A stretch of DNA of 64,000 bases, taken from assembly GCA_963735435.1 (NCBI GenBank), contig CAVTKR010000005.1, positions 674,319 to 738,318 of the forward strand. The letters run 5' to 3'. Positions 1-8,367 of the stretch are shown in pieces (within the stretch, counting starts at the first letter, position 1; every line of letters starts with the position of its first letter). Source of the stretch: an uncultured Solirubrobacteraceae bacterium. Its GTDB lineage: Bacteria; Actinomycetota; Thermoleophilia; Solirubrobacterales; Solirubrobacteraceae. Both the position numbers and the translations under genes were made by a program. The notes beneath the pieces are model-generated. The model ran no database searches and had not been told where the DNA came from. It worked only from the letters and a program-made list of their open reading frames with translations.

Positions 1-302
1 TAGCCGAAGACGCGCACCGAGAGCGCCTGCACCCACAGCGCGAGCGGCGGCTTGTCCACGGTCATCACGCCGCTCGGGTCCAGCGAGGCGAACAGGAAGT
101 TGTGCCAGCTCGAGCTCATCGAGCGCACGGCGGCGCTGTAGTAGTCGTTCGCCCAGCCGTTGCGGCTCAGCGCCCACAGGTTCATGACGGCCGCGAGCAC
201 CAGCAGGCCCACCAGCTCGGGGCGAGGCGCGTGCAGGGCCAGGCGGCGAGCGCGCTCGGAGCGCAGTCCGGTCAGGTTGGCGGCGGCGGAGGGGGAGCTC
301 AT
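1..302 (-). CDS. Membrane glycosyltransferase, GT39/ArnT-PMT-like (GT-C); 5' end only, gene continues past the left edge
   Basis: Not in the ORF track because there is no stop in the window. Hand translation from ATG at 302 gives MSSPSAAANLTGLRSERARRLALHAPRPELVGLLVLAAVMNLWALSRNGWANDYYSAAVRSMSSSWHNFLFASLDPSGVMTVDKPPLALWVQALSVRVFG. It has an N-terminal TM helix followed by the N.YYSAAV...DKPPL..W block typical of ArnT/PMT_2-type enzymes. Codon position 3 is almost uniformly G/C. Confidence 0.7.
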   Translation of the reverse strand, partial: MSSPSAAANLTGLRSERARRLALHAPRPELVGLLVLAAVMNLWALSRNGWANDYYSAAVRSMSSSWHNFLFASLDPSGVMTVDKPPLALWVQALSVRVFG

Positions 303-419
303 GGCCGTGGAGATTGGTGGCCCGGCATGTGCGCGGGCTGGGCCAAACCTCAGAGCTTGCTGGGAGGCCGCCGACCCCGGAGGCCGGCACGGAGCGCCGG
401 GCGAACCTCGAGAAGAGAC

Positions 420-1238
420 TCAGTCGATGAGCCGCTTGCCGAGCTGCGAGACCGCCAGGCGCCACATCAGCAGCGCGAAGGCGATCAGCACCGCGGCGTG
501 GCCGAGGTCCCCCCAGTGCAGTTCGCCGAAGCAGGCGTCGCGGATCAGCTGCACGCAGTGGTAGAGCGGATTGATGTAGGCGACCTGGCGAACGCCTTCT
601 GGCAGCTTTTCGACCGGGAAGAAGGTCCCCGCGACGAGGAACATCGGCGTCAGTACCGCGCTGGTGACGTAGTTGAAGTTGTCGATCGTCTTCGCGACGG
701 CGGCGATCGCGACGCCGAAGGAGCAGAAGCCGAACCCCGTCACGAAGCCGATCAGCGGCACCAGCAGCATCCCCCACTCTGGTTCGAGCCCGAAGAAGAA
801 GCCGACGAGCAGCGGTGCGACGCCGTAGACCCCCGCGCGGATCGAGACCCACAGCACCTCGGCGGTGATCAGCTCTTCGACGTCGACCGGTGCGGCGAGC
901 ATCGCGTCGTAGGTGCGCTGGAACTGCCAGCGGACGAAGGTGTTGAACATGCCCGGGAAAGCCGAGGAGAACAGGACGGCCGTCGCGACGACGCCTGTGG
1001 AGACGTATGCGACGTAGCTCACGCCGGCGATCTGCGGGATGAACGCGCGGATCCCGAGGCCGAACGCGAGCAGGTAGATCGTCGGCTGCACGATCGAGGA
1101 GAAGGTCGTCGCCTTCCAGTAGCGGCCGAAGATCGAGACGTCGCGGCTCATGACGCCGGCGAGCGCAGCCGGTTCGAGGCGCCCGACGCGAACGCGCGCC
1201 GTCTCGATCCGTGGTGGGGCGATGTCAGCCGTGCTCAT
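420..1238 (-). CDS. ABC-2 type transporter permease (DrrB/NodJ-like)
   Basis: 272-aa ORF with about 6 hydrophobic segments and the ABC-2 permease layout. ATGA start/stop overlap (1235-1238) with the upstream ATPase gene suggests translational coupling. Confidence 0.85.
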   Translation of the reverse strand: MSTADIAPPRIETARVRVGRLEPAALAGVMSRDVSIFGRYWKATTFSSIVQPTIYLLAFGLGIRAFIPQIAGVSYVAYVSTGVVATAVLFSSAFPGMFNTFVRWQFQRTYDAMLAAPVDVEELITAEVLWVSIRAGVYGVAPLLVGFFFGLEPEWGMLLVPLIGFVTGFGFCSFGVAIAAVAKTIDNFNYVTSAVLTPMFLVAGTFFPVEKLPEGVRQVAYINPLYHCVQLIRDACFGELHWGDLGHAAVLIAFALLMWRLAVSQLGKRLID

Positions 1239-2152
1239 TCGATCTCCTCTCCGGTCAGGGCGACGAAGGCGTCTTCGAGGTTGGCGGGGCGCAGCACGCC
1301 CTCAGGCGCGTCGCCGTCCAGCAGCTCGGCCCGCAGGATCGCCACCGCCGGCCCGCTGCGCCTGCTCTCCCAGCCGCGCTCGGCCGCCAGCGAGCTGATC
1401 TCGGCCAGGCGGGCGGGTGGACCGTAGACTTCCAGCACCCGCTCGCCGGCGTGCCCGGCGACCAGCTCCGCGGGCGTGCCTTCGGCGATCACTTTGCCGG
1501 CCGACATCACGGCGACCGTGTCGGCCAGGCGCTCGGCCTCCTCGATGTAGTGCGTGCTCATCAGCACCGTCACGCCCTCGGCGCGCAGGCCGTCGATCAG
1601 CGACCACAGCTCCTGGCGGATCTGCGGGTCGAGGCCGACCGTCGGCTCGTCGAGCAGCACGAGGCGCGGGCGGTGGATCAGCCCGCGCGCCACAAGCAGG
1701 CGCCGGCGCATCCCGCCGGAGAGCTCCCGGACGATCGTGTCGGCGCGCGGGCGCAGGTTCGCGATGTGCAGGGCGCGCTCCACGGCGTCCTCGCGTTCGG
1801 CGCGCGGGACGCGATACAGGCGCGCGAACACGAGGAGGATCTGCCGGCAGGTGAGCTCGACGTCGAGGTTGTCGAGCTGCGGGACGACCCCCATCTCCAA
1901 CCGCGCCTGCTTGGATTCGCGCGGCAGCGTGTAACCGAGCACCTGGATCTCGCCCTCGTCGGCGAGCGCCTGCGCGGTCAGCATCCGCATCGTTGTCGAC
2001 TTCCCGGCGCCGTTCGGCCCCAGCAGCCCGAAGCAGACGCCCGCCGGAACGTCGAGCTCGAGGCCGTCTACGGCCTTGATCTCGCCGAAGCGCTTGTGGA
2101 CGCCGCGCATCGAGATCGCGCTCGTCCGGTGCTCTGATACCTCCTCGGTCAC
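1235..2152 (-). CDS. ABC transporter ATP-binding protein (DrrA/NodI-like)
   Basis: Walker A GPNGAGKST, signature LSGGMRRR, Walker B LVLLDEPT and H-loop MSTH are present. Start placed at GTG 2152 (VTEEVSEH...); ATG 2110 is the alternative. The ORF-track start at 2275 is probably too long. Confidence 0.9.
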   Translation of the reverse strand: MTEEVSEHRTSAISMRGVHKRFGEIKAVDGLELDVPAGVCFGLLGPNGAGKSTTMRMLTAQALADEGEIQVLGYTLPRESKQARLEMGVVPQLDNLDVELTCRQILLVFARLYRVPRAEREDAVERALHIANLRPRADTIVRELSGGMRRRLLVARGLIHRPRLVLLDEPTVGLDPQIRQELWSLIDGLRAEGVTVLMSTHYIEEAERLADTVAVMSAGKVIAEGTPAELVAGHAGERVLEVYGPPARLAEISSLAAERGWESRRSGPAVAILRAELLDGDAPEGVLRPANLEDAFVALTGEEIE

Positions 2153-2307
2153 GCGGCAGCACTCTAGGCGCCCGAGGCCGTCCACCGGACCCCGCTGGTG
2201 CGCCTGTCGGAGCACCCCGGCGAAATGTCCGACGGCGGTCCATGTCCGGTACGGCGTCGTGCGGGCAGCCTTCAACTGCAGTCAAGAGCAACGAACGGAG
2301 CGCAGCC

Positions 2308-3114
2308 ATGCCGGCCCGAGCCCCTCAGATCGTCGCCCTGGGCGGCGGCGGCTTCTCGATGGAGCGAGAAGGCTCGCTGCTCGACGACTACATCCTCTCG
2401 CTGCTCGACGCGCCCCGGCCGCGCGTCTGCTTCCTGCCGACCGCGTCCGGCGACGCCGACCACTACGTCGTGCGCTTCTACCGCCGCTTCTCGGAGTCCT
2501 GCGAGGCCAGCCATGTCTCGCTGTTCCGGCGCGACCAGGGCACCGGCGGCGTGGAGGACGACCTCGCGGCGCACCTGCTCTCGCAGGACCTGATCTACGT
2601 CGGCGGTGGCAACATGGTGAGCATGCTCGGCGCCTGGCGTGCACACGGGCTGGACTCGATCCTGCGACGTGCATGGCGGCGCGGGATCGTCCTCTGCGGG
2701 CCGTCGGCGGGCTCGCTGTGCTGGTTCGAGCAGGCGCTGAGCGCGTTCCACGGCGCGCCGCGGCCGGTGCGCGGGCTCGGCCTGCTGCCGTTCTCCAACT
2801 GCGTGCACTACGACGCGGAGCCGGCGCGCCGTGAGGAGTACCACCGTGCCGTCGCGGACGGCATGAAGGCGGGCTTCGCCGTCGAGGACGGCGTCGCGCT
2901 GCACTTCCGCGGCAGGAGCCTCGAGCGGACCGTCAGCTCGCGCCCCGACGGCAGGGCGTTTCTCGTTGAGCGCCGCGGCACGCGCGTGCGTGAGGCCGCG
3001 CTGCCGGTCGACTACTTGGGTGCCGCCGGGCGCCCGGCCGAGGCCGCGCATCGGACACGCGCCTCGGCCGGGCCCCGTCGCGGCAGCGCCGGGGAGCAGC
3101 GGGTCGCGGCATGA
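2308..3114 (+). CDS. Peptidase family S51 (dipeptidase E / cyanophycinase-like), paralogue 1
   Basis: MPARAPQIVALGGGGFSME...VCFLPTASGD...YVGGGN...GPSAGSLCW...NCVHYD shows the S51 pattern with the nucleophile elbow SAG and a downstream His. ATG at 2308 chosen within ORF 2242..3114. Confidence 0.8.
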   Translation: MPARAPQIVALGGGGFSMEREGSLLDDYILSLLDAPRPRVCFLPTASGDADHYVVRFYRRFSESCEASHVSLFRRDQGTGGVEDDLAAHLLSQDLIYVGGGNMVSMLGAWRAHGLDSILRRAWRRGIVLCGPSAGSLCWFEQALSAFHGAPRPVRGLGLLPFSNCVHYDAEPARREEYHRAVADGMKAGFAVEDGVALHFRGRSLERTVSSRPDGRAFLVERRGTRVREAALPVDYLGAAGRPAEAAHRTRASAGPRRGSAGEQRVAA

Positions 3115-3950
3115 GCCCCGCCGACGCGACCCTGCCCGAACCCGTCGCGCCCGAGCAGCGGACGATCTTCGCGATGGGCGGCGGCGGCTTCACGATGGAG
3201 CCGGCGAACCCGCTGCTCGACGACTTCGTGCTCTCGCTGTCCGGCGCGCGCGAACCCCGGATCCTGTTCCTGCCGACGGCCTCGGGCGACACGACGCCGC
3301 ACATCAACGCGTTCAAGGAGCGCTTCCACGGACGCACCTGCGTTCCGGAGCATCTCTCCCTGTTCCGGCTGCGCGAGGCCAAGCGCCCGCTGCGCGACAT
3401 CCTCTCCGAGCAGGACATCCTCTACGTCGGAGGCGGCTCGATGCGCAACCTGCTCGCGATCTGGCGCGCCCACGAGCTCGACGCGCTGCTGATCGAGGCG
3501 TGGGAACGGGGGACGGTGCTCGCCGGGCTCAGCGCGGGCGCGATGTGCTGGTTCCAGTGGGGGCTCACGCGCTCCAGCGGGCCGCCGGAGGCGCTCGAGG
3601 GGCTCGGCCTGCTCGAGGGCTCGCTGACGGTCCACGCCGACGGGGAGCCCGAGCGCCTGCCGGTATGGCTCTCACACCTGCGCGACGGCTCGATGCCCGC
3701 CGGCTGGGCGCTCGACGACGGCGTCGGGCTGCTCTTCCACGGCCGCAAGCTCGAGCGAGTGGTGACCTCGCGCCCGGGAACCGAAGCGCTGCGGGTCGAT
3801 CCGATCGCCGGCGAGCTCGTGCGCCGGCGCATCCAGCCCGAGCTGCTCGGCAGCCGCGCCAGCGACCCGCTCGGCGGCTACGACGAGGCGGTAGAGGAGC
3901 TGCGCCGCGTGCACCGGCTGCGCCGCGGGACGGGCGGCCGCCGGACCTGA
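3111..3950 (+). CDS. Peptidase family S51, paralogue 2
   Basis: It has the same motif series as the preceding gene (FAMGGGGFTME, ILFLPTASGD, YVGGGS, GLSAGAMCW, LTVHAD). ATGA overlap with paralogue 1 at 3111-3114. Confidence 0.8.
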   Translation: MSPADATLPEPVAPEQRTIFAMGGGGFTMEPANPLLDDFVLSLSGAREPRILFLPTASGDTTPHINAFKERFHGRTCVPEHLSLFRLREAKRPLRDILSEQDILYVGGGSMRNLLAIWRAHELDALLIEAWERGTVLAGLSAGAMCWFQWGLTRSSGPPEALEGLGLLEGSLTVHADGEPERLPVWLSHLRDGSMPAGWALDDGVGLLFHGRKLERVVTSRPGTEALRVDPIAGELVRRRIQPELLGSRASDPLGGYDEAVEELRRVHRLRRGTGGRRT

Positions 3951-3983
3951 CTCAGCGACGTCTCGCGGGGGTAACCTCCCCGC

Positions 3984-4901
3984 ATGCCCGCGCCGCCCTC
4001 CGGCGAGCAGTTCGAGATCGTCCACGGCGAGCAGCGCGCGACCATCGTCGAGGTCGGCGGCGGTGTCCGCTCCTACAGCCACGGCGAGCGCGATGTGCTC
4101 GAGCCCTACCCGCTTGCGAAGATCTGCGACGGCGCCCACGGCGCCGTCCTGATGCCATGGCCGAACAGGCTCCGCGACGGCAGCTACGAGTTCGACGGCA
4201 ACCACTATCAGCTCGCCCTCGACGAGCCCGCCAAGCAGAACGCGATCCACGGCCTGCTGCGCTGGGTGCCCTGGAGGGCCGTCGAACGTGAGGCGGACCG
4301 CGTCGTCGTCGAGGCGCGCATCCACCCGCGGCCGGGCTACCCCTTCGACGTCGAGGCGTCTGTCGAGTACGCGCTCTCCGAGGAGGGACTCACTGTCACC
4401 CAGCGCGCCCGCAACGTAGGCGAGAACGCCTGCCCCTATGGCGCGGGTCAGCATCCCTACCTCTCTCCCGGCACCGGCAGGATCGACGCCTGCAGGCTGG
4501 AGCTCCCCGCCGAGATCGTGATCCTCACCGACCCCGAGCGCCAGCTCCCCTGCGGTCGCGCCGACGTGGACGGCGGACCGCTCGACTTCCGCGCCGCGCG
4601 CGAGCTCGGAGCCAGCGAGATCGACAGCCCGTTCACGGGCCTCTCGCGCGATTGGCAGGGCCGGGCGACGGCGCGACTGACCGGCTCTGACGGCGCCACC
4701 GTCGAGCTGTGGGTCGACGGTGGCTACGAGATGCTCGAGGTCTACACCGGCGACACGCTCGCGCCCGAGCGCCGCCGGACCGGTCTCGGGCTCGAGCCGA
4801 TGACCTGCGCGCCGGACGCGTTCCGCAACGGCGAGGGGTTGATCCGCCTGGGTCCCGGCGAGAGCACCTCGGCCACCTGGGGCACGCGCCTCTCCGTCTG
4901 A
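3984..4901 (+). CDS. Aldose 1-epimerase family protein (galactose mutarotase-like)
   Basis: PWPNRLRDGSYEFDGNHYQL...NAIHGLLRW...HPYL motifs are typical of the aldose-1-epimerase fold. 305 aa. Confidence 0.8.
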   Translation: MPAPPSGEQFEIVHGEQRATIVEVGGGVRSYSHGERDVLEPYPLAKICDGAHGAVLMPWPNRLRDGSYEFDGNHYQLALDEPAKQNAIHGLLRWVPWRAVEREADRVVVEARIHPRPGYPFDVEASVEYALSEEGLTVTQRARNVGENACPYGAGQHPYLSPGTGRIDACRLELPAEIVILTDPERQLPCGRADVDGGPLDFRAARELGASEIDSPFTGLSRDWQGRATARLTGSDGATVELWVDGGYEMLEVYTGDTLAPERRRTGLGLEPMTCAPDAFRNGEGLIRLGPGESTSATWGTRLSV

Positions 4902-4920
4902 GGCGTGGTAGAAGTGGGGC

Positions 4921-5460
4921 GTGGACAGTGCCCCCTCCCACCCTGACGAGACGCTGCGAGCACGCCGCGAGGCGGTCGTCCGCGAGCACATGGAGTCGGA
5001 GAACGTCCACGACTTCGACACCACGATCGGCACCTTCTCGCACCCGCGCTACGAGATCGTCGCCACCGGTGACGTCTACGACGGCGAGAGCGCCGTGCGC
5101 GGCTACTTCGCCGAGACGCGCCGTGCGTTCCCCGACCAGCGCAACGAGCTGGTCTCGCTGCGCCACGCCGAGGACGCGGTGATCGTCGAGTTCGACCTGC
5201 TCGGGACGCATCTCGGCCCGCTGCGCTCGCTGCCGCCGACCGGGCGTTCGTTCCGCGCGCGCATGACCGCCTTCTTCATCTTCGAGGGCGATCGCATCGT
5301 CTGCGAGCGCGTCTACTTCGACCAGATGACGCTGCTGCGCCAGCTCGGCGTCGCGCACGATCCGACTTCGATCGCCGGTCGCCTCTCGACCGCGGTCAGC
5401 CACCCGCTGACGATCGGAAGAGCGCTCGCGCGCGGCGCGAGCGGCGGGCGTATCGGCTGA
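4921..5460 (+). CDS. SnoaL-like / NTF2-superfamily ester cyclase-like protein
   Basis: A ~130-aa core (VREHMESENVHDFD...GESAVRGYFAETRRAFPD...MTAFFIFEGDRIVCERVYFD) matches the SnoaL polyketide-cyclase-like pattern. GTG start. Confidence 0.65.
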   Translation: MDSAPSHPDETLRARREAVVREHMESENVHDFDTTIGTFSHPRYEIVATGDVYDGESAVRGYFAETRRAFPDQRNELVSLRHAEDAVIVEFDLLGTHLGPLRSLPPTGRSFRARMTAFFIFEGDRIVCERVYFDQMTLLRQLGVAHDPTSIAGRLSTAVSHPLTIGRALARGASGGRIG

Positions 5461-5567
5461 TCGCGTTAACGCCGAGTTATCGGCGGTTGCCTACAGGTCT
5501 CTCGGGGTACGGCCGAAACGGCGGCAGTACGCCTCTCCCCCCGCCGCCAACGACAAGGACGCCGTTG

Positions 5568-5750
5568 ATGCAACCCCCCAAGCTCACGATCAAGCAGACA
5601 CCGACCGGCTACTGGACGGTTCGGCGCGGAAGCGTCGAGCTCGCGAGCGCGATGACGCGCTCGGCCGCCGAACACGAGCGCGAGCTCCTGGCTCGCCTGA
5701 ACGCCGGCACCGAACGCCGCGCCGGCACCCGGGCCACCGTCAAGGCCTGA
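5568..5750 (+). CDS. Small hypothetical protein (60 aa)
   Basis: ATG at 5568 preceded by AAGGAC. MQPPKLTIKQTPTGYWTVRRGSVELASAMTRSAAEHERELLARL... has non-repetitive composition and high GC3. No recognisable family. Confidence 0.35.
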   Translation: MQPPKLTIKQTPTGYWTVRRGSVELASAMTRSAAEHERELLARLNAGTERRAGTRATVKA

Positions 5751-5999
5751 GCCGCCGAGCCGCCGCACCCGCGCGCCCATTCCGGCGCGCCGCTGACGGC
5801 TGCCTGGACAGAGCTCCCCCCGCGCTCGGGGCGGCGACGCCCACGGGCGTCCTGAGCCCACGCGCGGAGAACCCTCAAAACAAAAAACACCCGCGCGCGA
5901 GGGCGTCCAACAGCCGTCCAACTTCGGGCGCGTTTCTGTTCAGAAACTGACCCGTCGTCCGAAAGGTACGACACAGGTTGCCCGAAAAGGGCAGCCGAG

Positions 6000-6464
6000 A
6001 TGCCCCGAAAGAACGACATGAGCCCTCTCGAGAACAACGGACACGGCAAGGAGCGCGAGATGCACGGCACGCAGGCCCACGGATCGAGGACGCGCCCCCC
6101 GCGCCACCTCGAGCGCCACGGTGTCGTAGTCGAGATGAACACGCTCTCCCGGCTGCGCGTCCAGCACGAGGACCGGCCCCTGCGCTGCGTCTCCTCCGGC
6201 TACATGTCCGGCGGCTGCTCCTGCGACGCCGTCGTGCCCGCCGGCGTCGTCCAGGCGGTCTGGCAGCGCGAGCTCGCGCGCGCCGGGACCCCGGGGAACT
6301 GCTTCTTCCGCTTCGCCTGGCGCGGCGAGCAGTGGCTGGCCTTCGGGCTCGCCAACGGTCACATCAGGGGCGTCTACTGCCCCACCCACCGCGCCGAGCG
6401 CGATGCCCGCACCGCCGGCCGCGAGGCCCGTCACCCCGAGCGGCCGGCGCGGGCAGCCGCCTGA
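6000..6464 (+). CDS. Hypothetical Cys/Trp-containing protein
   Basis: Almost every codon ends in G/C, and the composition is diverse (W, F, Y, C): CVSSGYMSGGCSCDAV...NCFFRFAWRGEQWLAFGLANGHIRGVYCPTH. The true start may be an internal Met (6060 or 6135). The antisense ORF 5940..6434 has its third positions on this frame's first positions and looks low-complexity. Confidence 0.45.
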   Translation: MPRKNDMSPLENNGHGKEREMHGTQAHGSRTRPPRHLERHGVVVEMNTLSRLRVQHEDRPLRCVSSGYMSGGCSCDAVVPAGVVQAVWQRELARAGTPGNCFFRFAWRGEQWLAFGLANGHIRGVYCPTHRAERDARTAGREARHPERPARAAA

Positions 6465-6569
6465 TCGTCAGGCTCCCGGGCACTCGCGCGCCCGGGAGCC
6501 TGGCACAGCACGGCGTGTACGGCCGCAGCCGGAACTCCCGGAGCACGCCGCGGCGCCGGCACCGGCGCC

Positions 6570-8312
6570 TCAGGGCACTTTGATGCCGGGCGTTCCCGGC
6601 ACCTGGACCGTCACGCTCGGGACGGTCACGCTCGGGACCCTCACCGCCCCGACGCTCACCTGCGGCGTGGTCACCGACGGCGTGCTGAGCGGCGGGACCC
6701 TCGCCGGCGGCACTTCCACCGAAGGCACTTCGGCGCTCGGGACTTTCACCGGCGGCACGCCCGGCGGCTCGGGGACCGCGACCGCCGGCACTTCGGATTC
6801 CCCGCCAGCGACAGGCGGCGTGCCCTGCCCGCCCCCACCCGTGGACACCGGGCTCGAGCCGCTCGGGCCGGTGCTCGGAGCGCCGGTCGGGCTCTCCTTG
6901 GCGGCGCCCGGCGTGATGATCACCGCGCCGTCCGGGCTCGTGCCTGCGACATGGTGGCCGGTCGGCCCCGTTCCCGCGCGCGGCCGCCCGGCGGCGGGCC
7001 CACCCGTGCCCGCCGCGGGCACGCCGCCCTGCGCGTGCAGTTCGCCTGGGAAGGCAGGCTGGAGCGAGGCCGCCTGCGCGGCGGCTGGGGCCTGGAAGCC
7101 CCGTTCGTAGCGCGCATCCGGGGCCAGTGCCAGGACGCCGGCCGCGCCGACGGCAGGCAGCACGCCCGCGAGAGAGGCGCCGCCGAGCAGGCTCCCCGGC
7201 AGCAGTTGGAACGCCGCCGCGATGCGCGCCGAGATCGCCCCGGCCGCCGAGACCGAGGCGATCGAGCGTCGCGGCGAGTAGCTGCGCAGGAAGGCATCCA
7301 CCGCCCCGGCGTCGAGCAGCCTGCCGCGCTCTGCTTCGAGCACCGCCAGCGCCTCGCGCTGGCTGCGCGCGCGCCGGTACGGGCGGTGGGAGGTGATTGC
7401 GTCGAACGTGTCGGCGACGGCGATGATGTTCGCGCCTAGCGGGATCTCGGCGCCCTCCAGGCCGTCTGGGTAGCCGCTCCCATCCACGCGCTCGTGGTGG
7501 TGGCGGACGATCGCGACCAGTTCCAGATCGTGAACCGGCGCGAGCATGTCGGCGCCGTCCGCGGCGTGGCGCTTGACGATCTCGAACTCGGCTTCATCGA
7601 GCGGCCCCTGCTTGTTGAGGATCTCAGGCGGCGTGTAGACCTTGCCGACGTCGTGCACCAGCGCCGCCGTGCGGATCTCCGCGACGTGCGCGGAGTCGAG
7701 GCGCATCTCGCGAGCGATGCGTTCGGAGTGCCGCGCGACGCGCCGGCAGTGGCCGCAGGTGTACGGGTTGCGGATCTCCAGCAGATGCGCCAGGCCTTCG
7801 AGCAACTCGACGCGCACCGTCCCGTCCTCGCCGACGGCTGCCCGGTAGGTGTCCCCCACCCGCTTGAGCTGACGCTCGGTCCACAGCCGCCGGAAGAAGC
7901 CCCAGAGCATCAGGTCTCCGTACGCGACCCCGCGGGACCCGTGAAGCCGCCTCCAGCCCCACGCCTCAATTGCCGCGAGCGCGAGCGCGAGCGATGCTGC
8001 GATGAGCACCGCCGCGATCGCAGCGGCCACGCCGTGCGGAGGGACGAGTGCGTTCGCCGCGAGCGCCGGGACGACGGTCACGCTGACTGTGGCGATCACC
8101 GACAGCGGGAGATAGCGGATGAAGCTGGTCGGGAGCTCGTGCCACGGGACCCGATCGCAGGCGGCCTTGCGTCTCCGCGCCTCCGCCTGCGCCGGGCCCC
8201 GGGTACGGGATCCGCCGTGCCGTGGGTCGGGCGCCTCGCGGCGACCGATCCCCGGCCGCCTGTCGTGACGCTCTACCTCACGCCGCAGGAGGGGTTGCGA
8301 CGGGGTCGACAT
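6570..8312 (-). CDS. Membrane-associated HD-GYP domain protein (putative c-di-GMP phosphodiesterase) with a Pro-rich C-terminal tail
   Basis: HD motif (LVHDVGKV) and HHERVDGSGYPDGL (GYP) are present. There are hydrophobic segments N-terminal to the domain and again after it. The last ~130 aa are Pro/Gly/Val-rich, with VPxxx pentads. Confidence 0.85.
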   Translation of the reverse strand: MSTPSQPLLRREVERHDRRPGIGRREAPDPRHGGSRTRGPAQAEARRRKAACDRVPWHELPTSFIRYLPLSVIATVSVTVVPALAANALVPPHGVAAAIAAVLIAASLALALAAIEAWGWRRLHGSRGVAYGDLMLWGFFRRLWTERQLKRVGDTYRAAVGEDGTVRVELLEGLAHLLEIRNPYTCGHCRRVARHSERIAREMRLDSAHVAEIRTAALVHDVGKVYTPPEILNKQGPLDEAEFEIVKRHAADGADMLAPVHDLELVAIVRHHHERVDGSGYPDGLEGAEIPLGANIIAVADTFDAITSHRPYRRARSQREALAVLEAERGRLLDAGAVDAFLRSYSPRRSIASVSAAGAISARIAAAFQLLPGSLLGGASLAGVLPAVGAAGVLALAPDARYERGFQAPAAAQAASLQPAFPGELHAQGGVPAAGTGGPAAGRPRAGTGPTGHHVAGTSPDGAVIITPGAAKESPTGAPSTGPSGSSPVSTGGGGQGTPPVAGGESEVPAVAVPEPPGVPPVKVPSAEVPSVEVPPARVPPLSTPSVTTPQVSVGAVRVPSVTVPSVTVQVPGTPGIKVP

Positions 8313-8367
8313 GGCCTGCCGATGCTACGGCGCTGTCAGCTCTGTGACGGGGCCGTAGACGTATGTT

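Noticed and set aside
102-1427. 441-aa plus-strand ORF, plus several nested ORFs, across the ABC transporter genes
   Set aside because: It is antisense to two genes with clear ABC motifs. The translation is Arg/Asp/Gly-rich low-complexity sequence typical of shadow frames in high-GC DNA.
3672-5033. 453-aa minus-strand ORF
   Set aside because: It is antisense to the S51, aldose-epimerase and SnoaL-like genes. The product is Ala/Arg/Gly-rich with no motifs, so it is a shadow ORF.
5836-5910. Hairpin GACGCC-CACG-GGCGTC (5836-5851) and the A-tract caaaacaaaaaaca followed by cccgcgcgcgaggg (5877-5905), considered as terminators
   Set aside because: The plus-strand hairpin is only 6 bp and lacks a U-tail. 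Read on the minus strand, the GC element followed by TGTTTTTTGTTTTG looks terminator-like, but the stem is imperfect and no convincing minus-strand gene ends just upstream. Function is left unassigned.
5940-6434. 164-aa minus-strand ORF competing with 6000..6464 (+)
   Set aside because: Its third codon positions fall on the first positions of the plus-strand frame, which itself has near-uniform GC3. The product is Gly/Ala-rich. The downstream T-run noted below is the only point in its favour.
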